64,000 nt of DNA from Candidatus Magasanikiibacteriota bacterium (GTDB lineage Bacteria > Patescibacteriota > Patescibacteriia > Magasanikbacterales > GWA2-37-8), in the NCBI GenBank assembly GCA_016189025.1, contig JACPGS010000007.1, forward strand, positions 1,162-65,161, given 5' to 3'. The position numbers and the translations under genes were made by a program. Positions 55,005-64,000 of this stretch are shown one piece after another; within the stretch, counting starts at the first letter, position 1, and each line of letters opens with the position of its first letter. A model generated the notes under the pieces. It had not been told where the DNA came from and searched no databases. It saw only the letters and a program-made list of their open reading frames with translations.

Positions 55005-55964
55005 ATGTTAGACCCAACAGCAAAAAAGTATCTGCTTTACGGAATCGGATCGGGCGCTGCCGTGGTAGCGATCGCCGTGGTGTTTCTGCTCGGCGTAATC
55101 TACGGACCAGACTTGCGCGGACGTCTTACCAATAAAACAGCCGGCATCGCCAACGTTGCCGCGAGTCCTGGCATAACCGCGCCCCCGGCTGCTACGGAAG
55201 CCGAGGTGGCTCGCCTCGCCGAATCGGTAATCCCTTCGGCCGGTATTGAGCTGCCGGTGAGCTGGGGTGATTTGGGCAGGCAATTGGTGGCAAACGGAGT
55301 AATTGACCGCAATCAATTCCTGGCCCTTTACCAGGGCCGAGGCGGCCTACTGCCGGACGAGCAAAAATTATTGGACGGGAATAACAACGGCCGGCTGAAA
55401 ATCACCCCGGAAAACTCCGGCTTCCTGCTGAATTTGCTCTGGGCCCTGGGGCTAGGCAATAAAAATCCCATTCTGGATACCGGGCCGATGGTGGACAAAC
55501 GCTACGGCGGCGCCGGCAACTTTGCCTCTACCGGCGGCTGGTCGCTGGCTAAAGGCAAGGCGATGGATCATTACAGTAAACATGGATTCATTAAACTTAA
55601 CCCCACGCAACAAGCGCTGGTGGAGCGGGTCTCCCAAGGGATTTATCGACCCTGCTGCAATAATGCCACGTACTTCCCGGACTGCAACCACGGCATGGCG
55701 ATGCTGGGGCTGTTGGAATTGATGGCGGCGAAAGGGGTGAGCGAAGCCGAAATGTATAAAACGGCGCTGCAGGTGAATGCTTACTGGTTCCCCGATACTT
55801 ATCTGACGCTCGCTAAATACGAGGCCACCAACAACACGGCCTGGGAGCAGGTTGACCCAAAAAAATTGTTAAGCGCCGAGTATTCCAGCGCCGGCGGTTT
55901 CCGCGCCATTCAATCGCGGGTGCAGCCGGTGCAGCAGGGCGGCGGCGGCGGGTGCGGGGTGTAA
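55005..55964 (+). CDS. Exported hypothetical protein with YRPCC..FPDCNHGMA motif
   Basis: N-terminal TM, Cys/His cluster, C-terminal GGGGGCGV. Confidence 0.75.
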   Translation: MLDPTAKKYLLYGIGSGAAVVAIAVVFLLGVIYGPDLRGRLTNKTAGIANVAASPGITAPPAATEAEVARLAESVIPSAGIELPVSWGDLGRQLVANGVIDRNQFLALYQGRGGLLPDEQKLLDGNNNGRLKITPENSGFLLNLLWALGLGNKNPILDTGPMVDKRYGGAGNFASTGGWSLAKGKAMDHYSKHGFIKLNPTQQALVERVSQGIYRPCCNNATYFPDCNHGMAMLGLLELMAAKGVSEAEMYKTALQVNAYWFPDTYLTLAKYEATNNTAWEQVDPKKLLSAEYSSAGGFRAIQSRVQPVQQGGGGGCGV

Positions 55965-55977
55965 CCTAACGCTTATT

Positions 55978-56508
55978 ATGGAAAACGAATCACAAATTGA
56001 GTTAAGTAGAAAAGAGCGGAAAGAATTGCGCCGCGAACAACGCCTTGAAGAAAGGCAAAAAAATGCCGGGCAACGCGTTATAAGGCGTGCCGTAAAAATC
56101 GCCCTGATAGCGATTATAACAGCCGGCAGTATCGCGGCTTTTGGTTGGTATATCGCTACTCGCCCGCCTATTCCTAAAGAGGAAATACTTTCCCGCCGCG
56201 GTTTACACTGGCACCCGGCACTGGCAATTTTCGTCAAAGGAGAAAAACAGACAATACCCGCGAACCTTGGCATTGGCGCGGTGCATAATCCTATGCACAC
56301 TCACGATTCAAGCGGTGTGATTCATCTGGAGTTTCCCGGCGTTGTTCGCAAAGATAACCTGAAGCTCGGCCGCTTTTTTGAAGTGTGGGGCAAGGACCTG
56401 ATGGAGTTCGGCTCCGTGGTCAAAATGACAGTCAACGGCGAGGAAAATGCCGAGCTGCAAAGCTACCTGATGAAAGACGGCGATAAAATCGAATTACGAT
56501 ATGAATAG
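55978..56508 (+). CDS. Membrane-anchored His-motif hypothetical protein
   Basis: LHWHP, MHTHDSSGVIHLE. Confidence 0.75.
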   Translation: MENESQIELSRKERKELRREQRLEERQKNAGQRVIRRAVKIALIAIITAGSIAAFGWYIATRPPIPKEEILSRRGLHWHPALAIFVKGEKQTIPANLGIGAVHNPMHTHDSSGVIHLEFPGVVRKDNLKLGRFFEVWGKDLMEFGSVVKMTVNGEENAELQSYLMKDGDKIELRYE

Positions 56509-56582
56509 AAATCTATTCGCCCCGACTAAGTCGGAACGCGACGACCGCTAGCCAATTGATATATTTTAGCCGATTTATCCTT

Positions 56583-57455
56583 ATGGACTTGATCTCTGGA
56601 ACTTCGCTAGTCGCCGCCTTTATTGCCGGCGTGGCGGCGCTGTTTGCGCCCTGCTGCATTACCGTGCTCTTGCCTTCTTACCTGGGTTCTATCTTCCGGG
56701 AGCGCCGTCGCGTGTTGGTGATGACCTTTATCTTCTTTTTGGGAGTGCTTTTGGTATTTTTGCCGCTGGGGCTGGGGTCGGCCGCTTTCGGACAATTGTT
56801 AACCAAATATCACAACACCATCTTTCTCGTCGGCGGCATCTTTCTGTTGGTGCTGGGGCTGACGCTGGTCTTCGGCATCCACTTCTCTTTACCGTGGCGC
56901 GTTAATCCCGCCCTCAAGAGCCATCACCCGGCCTCGGTTTTTGTGTTAGGAATATTCGCCGGCATTGCCACCACCTGCTGCGCGCCGGTGTTGGCCGGCG
57001 TGTTAGCGCTCGCCGCGCTGCCCGGCTCCCTGTTTTGGGGGGTGATGTACACCTTAAGCTATGTGCTGGGGATGGTAGCGCCGCTGTTCTTTTTGTCCGC
57101 GGTGCTGGATAAAACGCAGGCTACCAAAAAATTGATGGCGCTGAAGCGGCCGCTACAATATTCCCTGGGACCGGTTAAAGTAAACCTGACGCTGTCCGAA
57201 GCAATTTCGGGCCTGGTATTTATTGCCATGGGCATTCTCACCATCAGTCTGGCGTTTACCAATCAACTGACAATGCGCTCGGGTTTCCAGGTAAGCGTAA
57301 ACATCTATCTGACTAAGCTCCTGAATGCCCTCCAGGGTGTGGTCACTTTGCTGCCCGAGTACGGCTGGGCCCTGCTCTTTATCGGGCTGCTCGTTGCCTT
57401 ACTGATTAAAATAATTTTTATTCTTAAGAAAGAATCCTATGAGCAAAAACAATAA
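56583..57455 (+). CDS. ccdA: CcdA/DsbD-type thiol-disulfide transporter
   Basis: FAPCCITVLLPSYL, TTCCAPVL, TM segments. Confidence 0.8.
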   Translation: MDLISGTSLVAAFIAGVAALFAPCCITVLLPSYLGSIFRERRRVLVMTFIFFLGVLLVFLPLGLGSAAFGQLLTKYHNTIFLVGGIFLLVLGLTLVFGIHFSLPWRVNPALKSHHPASVFVLGIFAGIATTCCAPVLAGVLALAALPGSLFWGVMYTLSYVLGMVAPLFFLSAVLDKTQATKKLMALKRPLQYSLGPVKVNLTLSEAISGLVFIAMGILTISLAFTNQLTMRSGFQVSVNIYLTKLLNALQGVVTLLPEYGWALLFIGLLVALLIKIIFILKKESYEQKQ

Positions 57456-58125
57456 ACCAGGGGACCAGAAAACTAACGCCATTGTCTTGGGAATTATCGC
57501 CGGGATTACCGTGGTGATTGTAGCGGCGATCGGAATGTTTTCCCGCGGGGGAAACCCCGAAAGCAGCGCCAGGGAGGGGAGCAGCGCCCCGCCGGCCGCC
57601 GCCGATAGTATGGCCGATCATCATGGCGGCGGCGCCCCGCCCCCGCCGGCAGTTCCCCTGGACGCCCTGGTGGGGAAACCCCTGCCGGATTTTACCCTGG
57701 CGGACCGCGACGGCAAAATTTACAATAAAGAAACGCTCCGAGGGAAAACCGCCGTGTTGTTCTTTAACGAGGGGCTGATGTGCTACCCGGCCTGCTGGCA
57801 GCAGATTGCCGGGCTCGCTGCCGACCCCCGGCTGCAGCGCGCCGATGCGGTAATGTTGTCCGTGGTAATTGACCCGCCAGGGGAATGGCAGCGGGCGATA
57901 AATAAAATGCCGGAGTTGGGGAAAGCAAACGTGCTCTTTGATGCTAATTCCACTGTTTCCCGGCAGCTCGGCATGCTCACCGCCCCCTCTTCCATGCACT
58001 ACGGATCTTTCCCCGGCCATACCTACCTGGTGATTGATAAAGAAGGCGTGATAAAACATGTTTATGACGACCCCCGAATGGCGCTGCATAACGATCAACT
58101 GGTAGAGGAGCTGAAAAAGCTGTAA
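57439..58125 (+). CDS. Redoxin (AhpC/TSA-like) domain protein
   Basis: PDFTLAD, CYPAC, TYLVIDKEG. Confidence 0.82.
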   Translation: MSKNNKPGDQKTNAIVLGIIAGITVVIVAAIGMFSRGGNPESSAREGSSAPPAAADSMADHHGGGAPPPPAVPLDALVGKPLPDFTLADRDGKIYNKETLRGKTAVLFFNEGLMCYPACWQQIAGLAADPRLQRADAVMLSVVIDPPGEWQRAINKMPELGKANVLFDANSTVSRQLGMLTAPSSMHYGSFPGHTYLVIDKEGVIKHVYDDPRMALHNDQLVEELKKL

Positions 58126-58134
58126 ACTATTCCC

Positions 58135-58896
58135 ATGATCCCCTATTTCTCGCTGACTGCCATTAACATCGGCCCGGTGCGCCTGCATCTCTGGGGGCTG
58201 ATGGTGGCGCTGGCCTTTGGCGCTGCCCTGGGTGTGGCAGCGCGGCGGGCCAAACGCGCCGGATTGAATACTGCAGTCTTGTTGGATTTAGCGGTCTGGA
58301 TTATAATCGCCGCCTTCCTGGGAGCGCGTTTGGCCCATGTATTTTTGTATAATTGGTCCTATTTTTCCCTCTCTCCCTGGGAGATCATTAAAATCTGGCA
58401 GGGTGGGCTATCATCGTTCGGCGGATTTATCGGCGCGGCAGCCGCAGCGGTAATTTACGCGCGCCGGAACCAGCTGAACTTTTGGCACTATGCTGATGCT
58501 ATTATGTACGGCTTCCCCTTGGGCTTAGGGGTAGGCCGGCTGGGATGCTTTATTACTCATATGCACCCGGGCAGATTGAGCAATTCCCTCCTGGCCGTGG
58601 CTTACCCGGGCGGAGCGCGGCTGGACCTGGGGCTACTGGAATCGCTGTTCGGTTTCCTGCTGTTCGGAGTTTATTTTTTCTGGCTGCGCCAAACGCCCCG
58701 AAAAATATTTCTGCCTCTGACTATGCTGATTTACGGCAGCGTCAGATTTATGCTGGACTTCAACCGCGCTACCGACATAATCGGCGCCGATGCCCGTTAC
58801 GCCGGTTTAACGCCGGCCCAGTACGGATCGCTGTTATTGGTGCTGGGATCCGTTTATTTACTGATTGCCCATCCCTGGGCTAAAGCATCAGACTGA
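58135..58896 (+). CDS. lgt: Prolipoprotein diacylglyceryl transferase-like protein
   Basis: LGARLAHV, IWQGGLSSFGG, GRLGCF. Confidence 0.82.
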   Translation: MIPYFSLTAINIGPVRLHLWGLMVALAFGAALGVAARRAKRAGLNTAVLLDLAVWIIIAAFLGARLAHVFLYNWSYFSLSPWEIIKIWQGGLSSFGGFIGAAAAAVIYARRNQLNFWHYADAIMYGFPLGLGVGRLGCFITHMHPGRLSNSLLAVAYPGGARLDLGLLESLFGFLLFGVYFFWLRQTPRKIFLPLTMLIYGSVRFMLDFNRATDIIGADARYAGLTPAQYGSLLLVLGSVYLLIAHPWAKASD

Positions 58897-58909
58897 AAAT
58901 ACTAACCTT

Positions 58910-59293
58910 ATGCCTTACTGTTACCAAAAATCAGTCCCCTATCAGTACCAAGAAGCGCTCGCCAAAACTAAACAAGCCCTGGCAGCCGAAGGATTTGGCG
59001 TGCTGACGGAAATTGACGTCAAGGCTGCCCTGAAAGCCAAATTGAACGCTGACTTTGACAATTATGCCATTCTCGGCGCCTGCCACCCGGCGCTGGCTTA
59101 TCAGGCCTTAAATACCGAAAAAACTATCGGCGTGCTGATGCCGTGCAATGTTATTGTCTACGAAGATCAGGGCCAGGTACAGGTAGCGGCAATCCGGCCG
59201 ACCATCTCCCTGGAGCGAATCAATAATCCGGCGCTCTTGCCGCTTGCCCAAGCAGCCGAAGCAAAACTGAAACAAGCAATAGATAACATCTAA
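58910..59293 (+). CDS. DUF302 domain protein
   Basis: EGFGVLTEIDV, ILGACHP, MPCNVIV. Confidence 0.88.
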   Translation: MPYCYQKSVPYQYQEALAKTKQALAAEGFGVLTEIDVKAALKAKLNADFDNYAILGACHPALAYQALNTEKTIGVLMPCNVIVYEDQGQVQVAAIRPTISLERINNPALLPLAQAAEAKLKQAIDNI

Positions 59294-59317
59294 CCTGTTA
59301 ATCATTACTTAATAACC

Positions 59318-59508
59318 TGAGGCTGTAGAAAAATTAAAAAACCAGTTAGCATCAGGGCGCGGCAGACGAGTGTCTTTGGGCGCGCAGTCCCGACTTTAGT
59401 CGGGAGGAGCACCCAAAGAGTGTCTGCCGCGACCAACCAAGTGAGTTTTAGCAATAGCGACAGCGACCAGGCGGATAATGATAAAGTGAGTGTGCTTCTA
59501 CAGTTTCA
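59318..59508 (+). mobile_element. MITE-like family A, copy 9
   Basis: TGAGGCTGTAGAA / TTCTACAGTTTCA flanked by AACC direct repeats. Confidence 0.9.
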
Positions 59509-59523
59509 AACCTTGAATTTGAT

Positions 59524-60141
59524 ATGGATGGGGAAAGCGTAAAAAAACTCTATGCCCTGGGCAGCGCCCGCTGGTATGATTGGTTCAAGAAGATTTGGAA
59601 TAAACTGGTGGCAGCGGAAGCGGAAAAAGAGCTGGGGCAATTTCTCCAACAGAATGTTACCGCCGCCGCCAGCATCCTGGAGCTGGGCTGCGGCACGGCC
59701 TTGAATTTAGAAAAAATATCAGCCCTCGGCCTGACTTTTAAAAAATACCTGGGGCTGGATTTTTCGCCCGACATGCTGCGGGTTGCGCAACATAAATTTG
59801 CCGGCCGGCCTAATGTGGAATTCAGGCAGCAAGACATTACGCAGCTGGATGACATCGCCGAAAAATTTGACCTCATCATCTGTACCTGGGTATTGTCGCA
59901 TCTTCCGTCACCGTCCGTTTTGGTAAATCGCGCGGCGGACCGGCTGGCGCCCGGCGGCAGATTCTTCCTGATTTTCTTTGCAACGCCGCGCTGGTACGTG
60001 CGCTGGTGGCTGTCGCCTCTCGCTAGATATGTATTTAGGGCAAAATTTGTTTCCGCCGCGGAAGTAAGAAAAATTAACAAGATAAAAAATGTGCACCGCT
60101 ATTCAGCAGATCTGGCGACCGTAATGGAAATCGCTAACTAA
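59524..60141 (+). CDS. Class I SAM-dependent methyltransferase
   Basis: ILELGCGT, GLDFSPDML, FDLIICTWVLSH. Confidence 0.88.
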   Translation: MDGESVKKLYALGSARWYDWFKKIWNKLVAAEAEKELGQFLQQNVTAAASILELGCGTALNLEKISALGLTFKKYLGLDFSPDMLRVAQHKFAGRPNVEFRQQDITQLDDIAEKFDLIICTWVLSHLPSPSVLVNRAADRLAPGGRFFLIFFATPRWYVRWWLSPLARYVFRAKFVSAAEVRKINKIKNVHRYSADLATVMEIAN

Positions 60142-60193
60142 AGGTGAAAGGAGGTGGACAATAGACAGCGCCTGGAGCGCGGCGCGGGTGGTG

Positions 60194-60267
60194 TGCACGC
60201 CAAGGGAGTCGAACCCCTGACCTTCTCGGTGTAAACGAGACGCTCTAACCAGCTGAGCTAGGCGTGC
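60194..60267 (-). tRNA. tRNA-Val(TAC)
   Basis: GCACGCC TAGCTCAGCTGGTTAGAGCG TCTCG-TTTACAC-CGAGA AGGTC AGGGGTTCGACTCCCTT GGCGTGC A; CCA not encoded. Confidence 0.95.
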
Positions 60268-60323
60268 GCTGGGTGATGGCGTATTTTAAGCTGTTTTCCC
60301 TACGGTTGTCAATGCTATTCCTT

Positions 60324-60430
60324 TAGACCCGTTGAAAAACTATTTTTGAGACACAGTTGTTATCCTTGCGAAACCTGTCTTCTGGATTCCCGCGTACGCG
60401 GGAATGACAGGTGAATTTTTCAACGTTCTA
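60324..60430. mobile_element. MITE-like element, family E
   Basis: TAGACCCGTTGAAAAA / TTTTTCAACGTTCTA flanked by TTCCTT direct repeats; carries an ATTCCC-N8-GGGAAT palindrome. Confidence 0.75.
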
Positions 60431-61429
60431 TTCCTTCGGCATTGCTTTAACATCTTCGGCCATTGCCGGTTTCCCCTGCTTCGCCAGCCACTCCCACCAC
60501 TCGGCGCCCCATAAATACGCTCGCGGCACCCCCAAACGCCGAGCATAAACGATATTCTGCCGGAGCCGGTGCAAATTCATTGAGCGCGCCTGCTCGGTGA
60601 GCGGCGTAGCGGTAGTTACCCCGTGCGGAATCCAGGGCTCGGCCTGCAATTCGGTAATAAAAGTGCTGGCGCGGTCGCGCCCGGTTAAACGCAGCTTGGC
60701 GCGGTAAAACGCCGGCGGCAGCCAGTCGTAATTCCAATAACCGATAAGACGATTCCAGACTACGCGATACAGGGTGGTGCCAAAATAATCAGTAGCGCGG
60801 GCGGTGCGGCGCCAGGGGGAAAGTTCGCCGGAGTCCGAGGTAAGAATCGGGTGCGCCGGATCAAGGCGTTTAACCAGCGCCAGCTCGCCAGTAAAATCTT
60901 TCGGCAAAAAAGGCGGACAAATGCCAAAACCTAAAAACGGTTCGTTTTCTACCTGCCACATTTCCAGGGCCGGATGATTGCGATAACGCTTCACGATAAC
61001 TTCCACCGAGCGGTAGAGCGCAGCGATGCGCTCCTGGTGCGATAAATCCTTTGCCCACTCCGGCAGGTGGCACTCGGGCCAGCGGGGAGTTTTTTGCCCA
61101 ACCGCGAGCATAACTTTGGCGCCCGCGCGGGCAGCGCGATTCATCAAATCATCTAAATCCGTCCACTGATACTCGCCGCGGCGCGGCTCAATGCTGGCCC
61201 ACTGGGCCGAGAGGCGGAGACGGCGGAACCGGTATTCATCAAGAAGTTTCTGAAAAACAGTCGCCGGGTCTAGCCCCAACCACCGCGCCTGCTCGGCGCT
61301 GAAACTAACGCCGATCACCATATCCTGCCGCGGCGGGAACCGGTCAAACCATTGGTAATAGGCGTAAATACCGAACAGAACGATGACAACGATCGTACTA
61401 ACAACGAGCAGACGATTAGGCGAAGTCAT
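60428..61429 (-). CDS. Clan GH-A glycoside hydrolase (GH5/GH42-like), membrane anchored
   Basis: WASIEPRRGEYQW, WQVENEP, ITELQAEPW. Confidence 0.8.
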   Translation of the reverse strand: MTSPNRLLVVSTIVVIVLFGIYAYYQWFDRFPPRQDMVIGVSFSAEQARWLGLDPATVFQKLLDEYRFRRLRLSAQWASIEPRRGEYQWTDLDDLMNRAARAGAKVMLAVGQKTPRWPECHLPEWAKDLSHQERIAALYRSVEVIVKRYRNHPALEMWQVENEPFLGFGICPPFLPKDFTGELALVKRLDPAHPILTSDSGELSPWRRTARATDYFGTTLYRVVWNRLIGYWNYDWLPPAFYRAKLRLTGRDRASTFITELQAEPWIPHGVTTATPLTEQARSMNLHRLRQNIVYARRLGVPRAYLWGAEWWEWLAKQGKPAMAEDVKAMPKE

Positions 61430-61434
61430 AAAAC

Positions 61435-62355
61435 TCACCTCACCAACATTATAATCCCAGCCGCAATTAAGGCCACCGCCAGCACCTCTTGCCGCAATTC
61501 CCCGCGCGCGTACTGTTCGCGGAACAGGGTCGGGCGGAAACGAGAGATAACGGCCACTAAGATAATCAGCAGCGCTTCGCGCACGCCGCTTAAAGCGCCT
61601 ACCAACCCTACTGACCCAAGCGAAATTGCGTACTGCAGCAGTATCACTGCCCCGACCCCTAAACTCTGATTAACAATCATCAGCGCCAAGTGGCCGGGCT
61701 GGCTTTGACGCCCCGCGCGGGAAGCTGCCGGGCGGGAAAACCAGCCGCGAATTTCGGCGCGCACGGCCGGGTGAAACAACAGCAAAACGCCGAATAGCCC
61801 CATAATCCCACGGCTCCAGACAAAACCAGAGTAAAAACCGATAGCGCCATAAAGATAACGCGAAGCGACGTGAGAGGTGGCATACAGCGCGCCGGCGAGG
61901 ATAATCCACAGCATGCCGCGGTGCCAGCCGTTGTGGCGCCGGCTGCGTTCAGAGGCAATTAAAAGCGAACCGGCGACGAGCAATGCCACGGCCCAGTACT
62001 GCCAGGTGCTAAGTTCTTCGCCGAGGAATAACCGGCCAAACCACACCGCAAATACTGCCACTGATGCCCCAACCAACGGCCCGGCATGGCTCACTTCACT
62101 TTCCTGGTAGCCCCGATACATGGTCCACAGGGCAAAAGTAAAGGCCAGGGCAGAAATGGCTGCCGCCAGTCCTTCTCCCAGAGCAGCCGGAAAGCGCACG
62201 CCGAACGGAACTAGAACTAAAACCAGCAAAACCGGAAAAGTGGAAAACCAGGTAAACAAAGCCGGCGTCACCCGCCGCTTGGAAATTAAAAATTTATCCA
62301 GCACCGCCACGGCGGCGAGAATGGCATAACCAACCAGAGCAAATTGCAGCCACAT
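61435..62355 (-). CDS. EamA/DMT-family transporter
   Basis: About 10 TM segments, two repeats, FLGEEL. Confidence 0.8.
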   Translation of the reverse strand: MWLQFALVGYAILAAVAVLDKFLISKRRVTPALFTWFSTFPVLLVLVLVPFGVRFPAALGEGLAAAISALAFTFALWTMYRGYQESEVSHAGPLVGASVAVFAVWFGRLFLGEELSTWQYWAVALLVAGSLLIASERSRRHNGWHRGMLWIILAGALYATSHVASRYLYGAIGFYSGFVWSRGIMGLFGVLLLFHPAVRAEIRGWFSRPAASRAGRQSQPGHLALMIVNQSLGVGAVILLQYAISLGSVGLVGALSGVREALLIILVAVISRFRPTLFREQYARGELRQEVLAVALIAAGIIMLVR

Positions 62356-62535
62356 AATTTGTCATCCCCGCGCCAGCGGGTATCCAATTCCTACATTTTA
62401 CCATAAAAAAACAACGGCCGCTATGCCGTTATTAAAGGCGAGTCGGGCGGTCGAGCGTTTTCCTCCCGACCGCCCCTGTTGCTAGCACCCTAGTTGCTAA
62501 CCGCCGAAGCGGCAGGCAACATTGGCTATTATCTA

Positions 62536-63369
62536 CTACTTCTCTAGTCTCCGAAAGTGCGCCCGGAGCTTCTTAAGAGCGCGCTGTTCGACCTGCCGGA
62601 TGCGCTCACGGGTTACTTCTTGCTGGCTGCCGAGTGTCTTTAAAGTAGCCGGTTCCTCAACCAAGTGCCGCCGCCTCACAATCTCCCGCTCCCGCGGATT
62701 GAGTGCCCGCAAACCGATCTGTAGCTGCCGGGCGGCGAATGCGTTCTCCTCGGCCGCTAATAGCAACTCCTCCGGCGAAGCCGCCTCGGACGGCAACACA
62801 TCAGAGAGCGTCCGTTTTGTATCCACCGGAGTAGCGAGCGAGATTTCCGGATGCCCCATCCGCTCTGCCATCTCCTCTACCACGGAAAGCGGCATATCCA
62901 ACCACTCGGCGATTCCCCTGGCATCAGCCAAGAGCCCGTCTTTCTCCAGCTGCCGGCGCGCCCGCGAGATGTGAAAAAACAAGCGGCGCTGCTCGTGGGT
63001 GGTGCCTAGTTTCACCAGCCGGAAATTTCGGATGATGAAACGCAGAATGAAAGCGCGAATCCACCACGCCGCGTAAGTGGAGAGCTGTGTGCCGTGGTTC
63101 GGATCAAACTTTTCCACTGCCCGCAACAGGCCCAGGTTACCCTCGCTTACCAGGTCTTCCCAAGGAAAACCATAGCCCCGATACTGCCCCGCAATCTTGA
63201 TTACCAACCGAAGATTGCTGGTAACCAACCGATTGCGCGCCGGCTGGTTTCCGGCCCTGGCCTGCACGGCAAGCCTGCGCTCTTCTTCTGATGAATTAAG
63301 CAACGGATACTGACTGACCTCGCGAACATAAGCTCCCCACACGGAGGAGCTTTCCCTTGGCTGACGCAT
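62536..63369 (-). CDS. Sigma70-family group 3 sigma factor, RpoH-like
   Basis: NLRLVIKIA, DLVSEGNLGL, TYAAWWIRA, VKLGTTHEQRRLFF (RpoH-box-like), TRERIRQVE. Confidence 0.85.
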   Translation of the reverse strand: MRQPRESSSVWGAYVREVSQYPLLNSSEEERRLAVQARAGNQPARNRLVTSNLRLVIKIAGQYRGYGFPWEDLVSEGNLGLLRAVEKFDPNHGTQLSTYAAWWIRAFILRFIIRNFRLVKLGTTHEQRRLFFHISRARRQLEKDGLLADARGIAEWLDMPLSVVEEMAERMGHPEISLATPVDTKRTLSDVLPSEAASPEELLLAAEENAFAARQLQIGLRALNPREREIVRRRHLVEEPATLKTLGSQQEVTRERIRQVEQRALKKLRAHFRRLEK

Positions 63370-63685
63370 GGTTCCCCCCTTTTTCTAGGGTGTGTGAAAA
63401 GAGCGGCGCGGACTATTCCGCGTTTCTCTGTTCTAGTTGCCACTAATCCTAAGTGAAACTAGGCTAGTTGTCAAGCCGAGAACGGCTTACAGCCAGAGCT
63501 AACGCAATGAGTAAATTTTAGGCGATTACTCACTCCGTTAGAAATGACTGTCTATAAAGAACTTCGGAGGGAGGGCGGCCAGCTGCTGCTGGCCGCCCTC
63601 CCGGGACTCCCCCCGAGAGGTGGGGTGGAGGTGGAGAGCCGAATCCCGACGGAAGTCGGGAGGCTCTACTCGAAATGGCGCGACT

Positions 63686-63832
63686 TCAATTGCCCGGTTC
63701 GGTGGGCGGGGTGGACGGCCGGCGCGCGGGGCGCGAAGGCCGGGGCGTGCCGAGCCCGGTGCTGGGCGCCGGCGGGCAGACGTAGGGCGGCGGACGGGGG
63801 GTGGAGTTAGGCTGGGGCGTGGGTTCGGGCAT
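63686..63832 (-). CDS. Short Pro-rich ORF
   Basis: Strong SD-like GAGGAGGGAG before ATG 63832; MPEPTPQPNSTPRPPPYVCPP... Confidence 0.35.
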   Translation of the reverse strand: MPEPTPQPNSTPRPPPYVCPPAPSTGLGTPRPSRPARRPSTPPTEPGN

Positions 63833-63846
63833 GGCTCCCTCCTCGC

Positions 63847-64000
63847 CTAGGCCGCCGCCACGCGCGGGGTGAGAACGCGACCCGCCGACAGCGCGAGTAC
63901 GAACTCGCACGCCGACTGCGCTTCCTCCTTGTTGCCAAGGAGCGCAGCGAGGTCGTCGCCTGTGATGCCCTGCTTGGTGAGCGCCCGCTGCAGCCTCTCG
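63847..64000 (-). CDS. 3' end of a hypothetical protein entering from the window edge
   Basis: Open frame ERLQRALTKQGITGDDLAALLGNKEEAQSACEFVLALSAGRVLTPRVAAA* with high-GC codon usage. Confidence 0.5.
   Translation of the reverse strand, partial: ERLQRALTKQGITGDDLAALLGNKEEAQSACEFVLALSAGRVLTPRVAAA

Noticed and set aside
4030-59508. Recurring repeats interpreted as a CRISPR array
   Set aside because: Copies are dispersed, ~190 bp, bounded by TIRs and not separated by regular spacers; no cas genes are present.

Overview
Gene-dense bacterial DNA using genetic code 11. It is most consistent with a Patescibacteria/CPR (Parcubacteria-like) genome; this is an inference from gene content, the scarcity of Shine-Dalgarno sites and the protein families present. 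Bases 1-34 kb are a large, mostly minus-strand surface-glycan locus: nucleotide-sugar enzymes, many GT2/GT4/GT-C glycosyltransferases, methyltransferases, AsnB and two O-antigen-ligase/TPR proteins, with DUF3800 and NYN genes interspersed. Next come an S-layer-like protein with an ECF sigma/anti-sigma-like pair, an HTH gene with three palindromic operators, metK, a Cys-rich secreted protein with DsbA, a copper/thiol-redox cluster, tRNA-Val and an RpoH-like sigma factor. The most interesting signals are non-coding. (1) At 43.35-43.62 kb two separately promoted small RNAs lie in tandem. One is a non-canonical tRNA-like RNA with alanine identity (G3.U70, A73). The other is an sRNA whose two ends are complementary, in circularly permuted order, to the D/anticodon arm of the first. 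(2) Promoter-driven structured RNAs converge on the DUF3800 and NYN genes. (3) A family of ~190-bp MITE-like elements carries a covarying structured core with a swappable apical hairpin, and several palindromic or tandem DNA repeats are inserted in-frame inside proteins. All family assignments come from reading motifs by eye; no searches were run.
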